Below, one piece after another: positions 63,031 through 64,000 of a stretch of DNA of 64,000 nucleotides. Source of the stretch: a virus. Location: positions 14,549 to 78,548 of the IMG/VR virus record IMGVR_UViG_3300017917_003612; one strand, given 5' to 3'. A program made the translations under genes and the position numbers. Position 1 is the stretch's first letter; the number at the start of each line of letters is the position of its first letter. The notes beneath the pieces are model-generated. The model was not told where the DNA came from, made no database searches, and saw only the letters and a program-made list of their open reading frames with translations.

Positions 63031-64000
63031 TTAAATTACACAACTATCACAGTCTTCTTGGTCAACAACTTCTGTTTCTTCAACAGATTTAGATTCTACT
63101 AACTTGTCAATATTGATTTCACCTTGACCATCAAATGTGTTGAAATAGTACAATTGCTTTAATCCATACTTGTAACACATGAGAAGATGTTGCAGCATTT
63201 CACTCATTGGGATCTTTTCATCTTCATAGTATTGTGGATTGTAAGAAGTATTTACACTTATGCCTTGATCAATGTATTTTTGTAATACTGCACATAGCTT
63301 CAAATAACCTTCGGGACTTATTTGATCCCAAAGTAGTTCATATTTGTTCTTTAAACGGCGATATTCAGGTACAACTTGACGTAATGCACCGTGTTTGCTT
63401 TGTTTGACTGATACATAACTGCGTGGGGGTTCAATTCCATTAGTTGCATTACTAATCTGCGCAGATGTTTCTGCTGGCATTAGTGCCATCAGTGTAGCAT
63501 TTCGCTGGCCAGTTCTTTGGATTTGTTCACGCAGTGATTGCCAAGGCATACGCTCTTGGTAGGTCACTAATTCATCCACGTCTCGTTTTCTAGTATCAAT
63601 GGGTAATACACCCTTTGCACTTTTTAGGTCTTGCCAGCGAGTACAGGGTCCTTGTTCTTCTGCGAGATCTGCAGAAGCCTTGATCAAATAGTATGACCAG
63701 GCTTCTGCGTACTCGTCAACTAGAGCTAATGCTCGGGAGTCACTATAACTAACATCATTCTTAGCTAGGAAGTAGGCAAAATTGATAATACCAACCCCAA
63801 TTGGCCTAAATTCTTTAGTAGCTAATTGTGCTGCAAGAATTGGATAATTTTGATAACTCAATAATGCATCCAATCCTCTTACCGCCAACCGACACATCTT
63901 CTCGAAGTCATGTGGGCTTTTTACATTGCCCCAATTGATCGCTGATAGAGTACACAGGGCGATCCTACCATCCTCGTCGTTGACATCTCGTAACGGCACA
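63031..64000 (-). CDS. nrdA: Ribonucleotide reductase class Ia alpha subunit, 3' part
   Basis: CTLSAIN, LMPAETS, TNGIEP, KQLYY, terminal CDSC. Confidence 0.97.
   Translation of the reverse strand, partial: VPLRDVNDEDGRIALCTLSAINWGNVKSPHDFEKMCRLAVRGLDALLSYQNYPILAAQLATKEFRPIGVGIINFAYFLAKNDVSYSDSRALALVDEYAEAWSYYLIKASADLAEEQGPCTRWQDLKSAKGVLPIDTRKRDVDELVTYQERMPWQSLREQIQRTGQRNATLMALMPAETSAQISNATNGIEPPRSYVSVKQSKHGALRQVVPEYRRLKNKYELLWDQISPEGYLKLCAVLQKYIDQGISVNTSYNPQYYEDEKIPMSEMLQHLLMCYKYGLKQLYYFNTFDGQGEINIDKLVESKSVEETEVVDQEDCDSCVI

Noticed and set aside
3205-63407. Numerous plus-strand ORFs in the track (e.g. 3205, 4272, 13271, 18600, 34727, 49848, 53739, 59553)
   Set aside because: They lie antisense to well-supported minus-strand genes and show no recognisable motifs
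1-64000. CRISPR array or cas genes
   Set aside because: No regularly spaced repeats seen by eye; the repeats found are promoter cassettes and coding repeats
1-64000. Bacterial chromosome or prophage, suggested by dnaK, clpS, pal, rpsU and ssrA
   Set aside because: These genes lack their usual bacterial operon neighbours and sit among phage structural genes, T4-like promoters and small ORFs; no integrase seen
1-64000. Stop-codon reassignment
   Set aside because: Conserved genes are full-length in the standard code, and TAA, TAG and TGA all end genes at expected positions
61457-64000. Intron, intein or homing endonuclease in the nrd locus
   Set aside because: nrdB and the visible part of nrdA are uninterrupted, and the intervening ORF lacks HNH, GIY-YIG or LAGLIDADG motifs

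Overview
This window is part of a large T4-like (myovirus-type) lytic phage genome, not a bacterial chromosome. Genes are dense and almost all on the minus strand. They include nrdA/nrdB/glutaredoxin, a PAAR protein, a tail-collar fibre, sigma70-type early promoters and T4-late-like (A)TAAATA boxes. The DnaK and Pal sequences suggest a Gram-negative, probably betaproteobacterial, host. Main points: (1) a circularly permuted two-piece tmRNA gene whose 222-nt intervening segment holds a protein-coding ORF, with that ORF's Shine-Dalgarno (SD) buried in a 16-bp extension of the acceptor stem; (2) a ~7.5-kb coupled operon of proteins starting MRAxEF(I/V)xE, resembling the T4 capsid-targeting signal, apparently polyproteins of enzymatic domains (kinase, amidoligase, HEXXH peptidase, ParB, papain-like, TIKI/EreA-like, nucleotidase) joined by Glu-ending linkers; (3) a UDP-sugar dehydrogenase / 2OG oxygenase / amidinotransferase / methyltransferase-like / radical SAM operon surrounding a fibre-like gene; (4) a protein with a eukaryote-like ubiquitin domain; (5) ROSE-like RNA thermometers before both hsp20 and dnaK; (6) many apparently leaderless genes alongside phage bS21, a bL12-like domain, a SutA-like protein and a proline-rich micropeptide; (7) several expanded small-protein families. 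All functional calls come from motif recognition by eye; no searches were run.
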